Shown here: one piece after another, positions 62,951 through 64,000 of the stretch
Numbering within the stretch: position 1 is the first letter of the stretch
Layout of the letters: every line of letters starts with the position of its first letter
Assembly (NCBI GenBank): GCA_965209035.1
Contig: OZ242372.1
Coordinates: 128,001 to 192,000 of the forward strand
DNA: 64,000 nt
Source of the DNA: Gammaproteobacteria bacterium
Lineage (GTDB): Bacteria; Pseudomonadota; Gammaproteobacteria; CBDBNL01; JAAOII01
Direction: 5' to 3'
Program-made: the position numbers and the translations under genes
The notes under the pieces: model-generated
What the model saw: the letters and a program-made list of their open reading frames with translations, nothing else
What the model was told of the DNA's origin: nothing
Database searches by the model: none

Positions 62951-64000
62951 CTAAAAACGATATGCGAGAGCAAAACGCAGGTTTGAGAGGGAGAAGGTAG
63001 TCCGTTCCACTTCCGTATTCGCATCTTCTTCTTGGCCGATCGCCTCATCGGCAAGTTCCGTATCATTGATATATTCAAGGGCATCCAAAGATACCGACGC
63101 AGTTAACCCGAAGTTACTTCGGTATTGGTAATACAAACTTGTTCCCCGGGCAAAACCTACTCCTCCCAAAGCCCAGCCAACCCGATGCCGCAGTTGCTCG
63201 CCCACATTGCCCCCAATATGCAACGCGGGAGCACAGTCAAGAATGAAGTTATTGTTATCTTCCTCAGTAGCTGCCGCATAGAGTTCATAGCCGCGATAAT
63301 TCTTTTCATCAAAAAAAGAAACCCCACAAAAATAATTAAAATTAACAATCAGTTTGTCCGAGTAATAATCAAAACCAACGCTATAGATATCTTGTATCCT
63401 TTCCAAATATGCTTTACCGTCATTCTCATTGGCGACCCAGTTCAGATAATCAAGCGTTTGTGAATAAAACTGACTCGTCCCGGGGAAGAAAGATCTCCCA
63501 CCCGATTCCCTCTCCAATACATTATAATCATCCAAAGAAAAGATGCGCACCCATTCCAATTTAAGAGAATATCTCTTGATCGGAACCGAAAGTTCAAACC
63601 CGTATGCTTTCAGAGGGCTAAAAGTTGGCTCCGGTTCGGCGACAGGCAATCGTTCATCCGTATTAACATTCGCAGTACATCCCTCAATGGTTGCACTCAC
63701 CGCTCCGCCACGGCATACATAACCGCCGTCGCGACGCAACAGTTCAGACTGCGAGATAGGAAAACCATAACCCTCGTAATAGGTGAGACCGGCAATCAGC
63801 CGGGAACCCACATATAAAACACGCACCGCCTGCTGTGAAGAATCTTTCGGCGCGGCGAATCTTGCCGTTTGGTCTTCGTTGTGTTCGTTTGTATATTCAA
63901 CATTACCGCTAAATTCGCCCAGCAGTTGATCGGATAAAAGTTGCGGAAAATAATAATAATGAACCTCCAAACCGCCCGGTATAAAAAATTGAGCGGATGC
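62951..64000 (-). CDS. Outer-membrane beta-barrel protein B, 3' part (5' end outside the window)
   Basis: Paralog of 57037-58692; ends FALAYRF. Confidence 0.7.
   Translation of the reverse strand, partial: ASAQFFIPGGLEVHYYYFPQLLSDQLLGEFSGNVEYTNEHNEDQTARFAAPKDSSQQAVRVLYVGSRLIAGLTYYEGYGFPISQSELLRRDGGYVCRGGAVSATIEGCTANVNTDERLPVAEPEPTFSPLKAYGFELSVPIKRYSLKLEWVRIFSLDDYNVLERESGGRSFFPGTSQFYSQTLDYLNWVANENDGKAYLERIQDIYSVGFDYYSDKLIVNFNYFCGVSFFDEKNYRGYELYAAATEEDNNNFILDCAPALHIGGNVGEQLRHRVGWALGGVGFARGTSLYYQYRSNFGLTASVSLDALEYINDTELADEAIGQEEDANTEVERTTFSLSNLRFALAYRF

Overview
Chromosomal window from a Gammaproteobacteria-like bacterium, probably host-associated given its eukaryote-like surface proteins (inference). 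Housekeeping blocks: folB-folK-hemH-recN-radC, phoH-ybeY-corC-lnt-murJ-ribF, dapB-ispB, argF, hisI-hisE-tatABC, rpmB-rpmG-carA-carB, yadGH-trpF, tsaD-nadB and cobB. Accessory DNA: (i) a divergent virB2-3-4-5-6-8-like type IV secretion cluster just downstream of radC; (ii) a 5-unit ~330-bp tandem amplification of the recN/radC junction; (iii) an IS1634-family element with a 190-bp target duplication beside a complete IS481-family element; (iv) a transposase-less 4.3-kb element built from that IS481's ends, with layout (IRL-gene)x4-IRR, whose four membrane-anchored coiled-coil cargo genes form a length ladder stepping mostly by one heptad; (v) three modular lipoprotein adhesins (FN3/cadherin-like, TSP3-like, GLUG or FG-GAP), two of them each paired with a beta-barrel gene and two followed by IS481-type right-end remnants. 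Short tandem micro-duplications occur throughout. All alignments and counts were made by eye; no database search was run.
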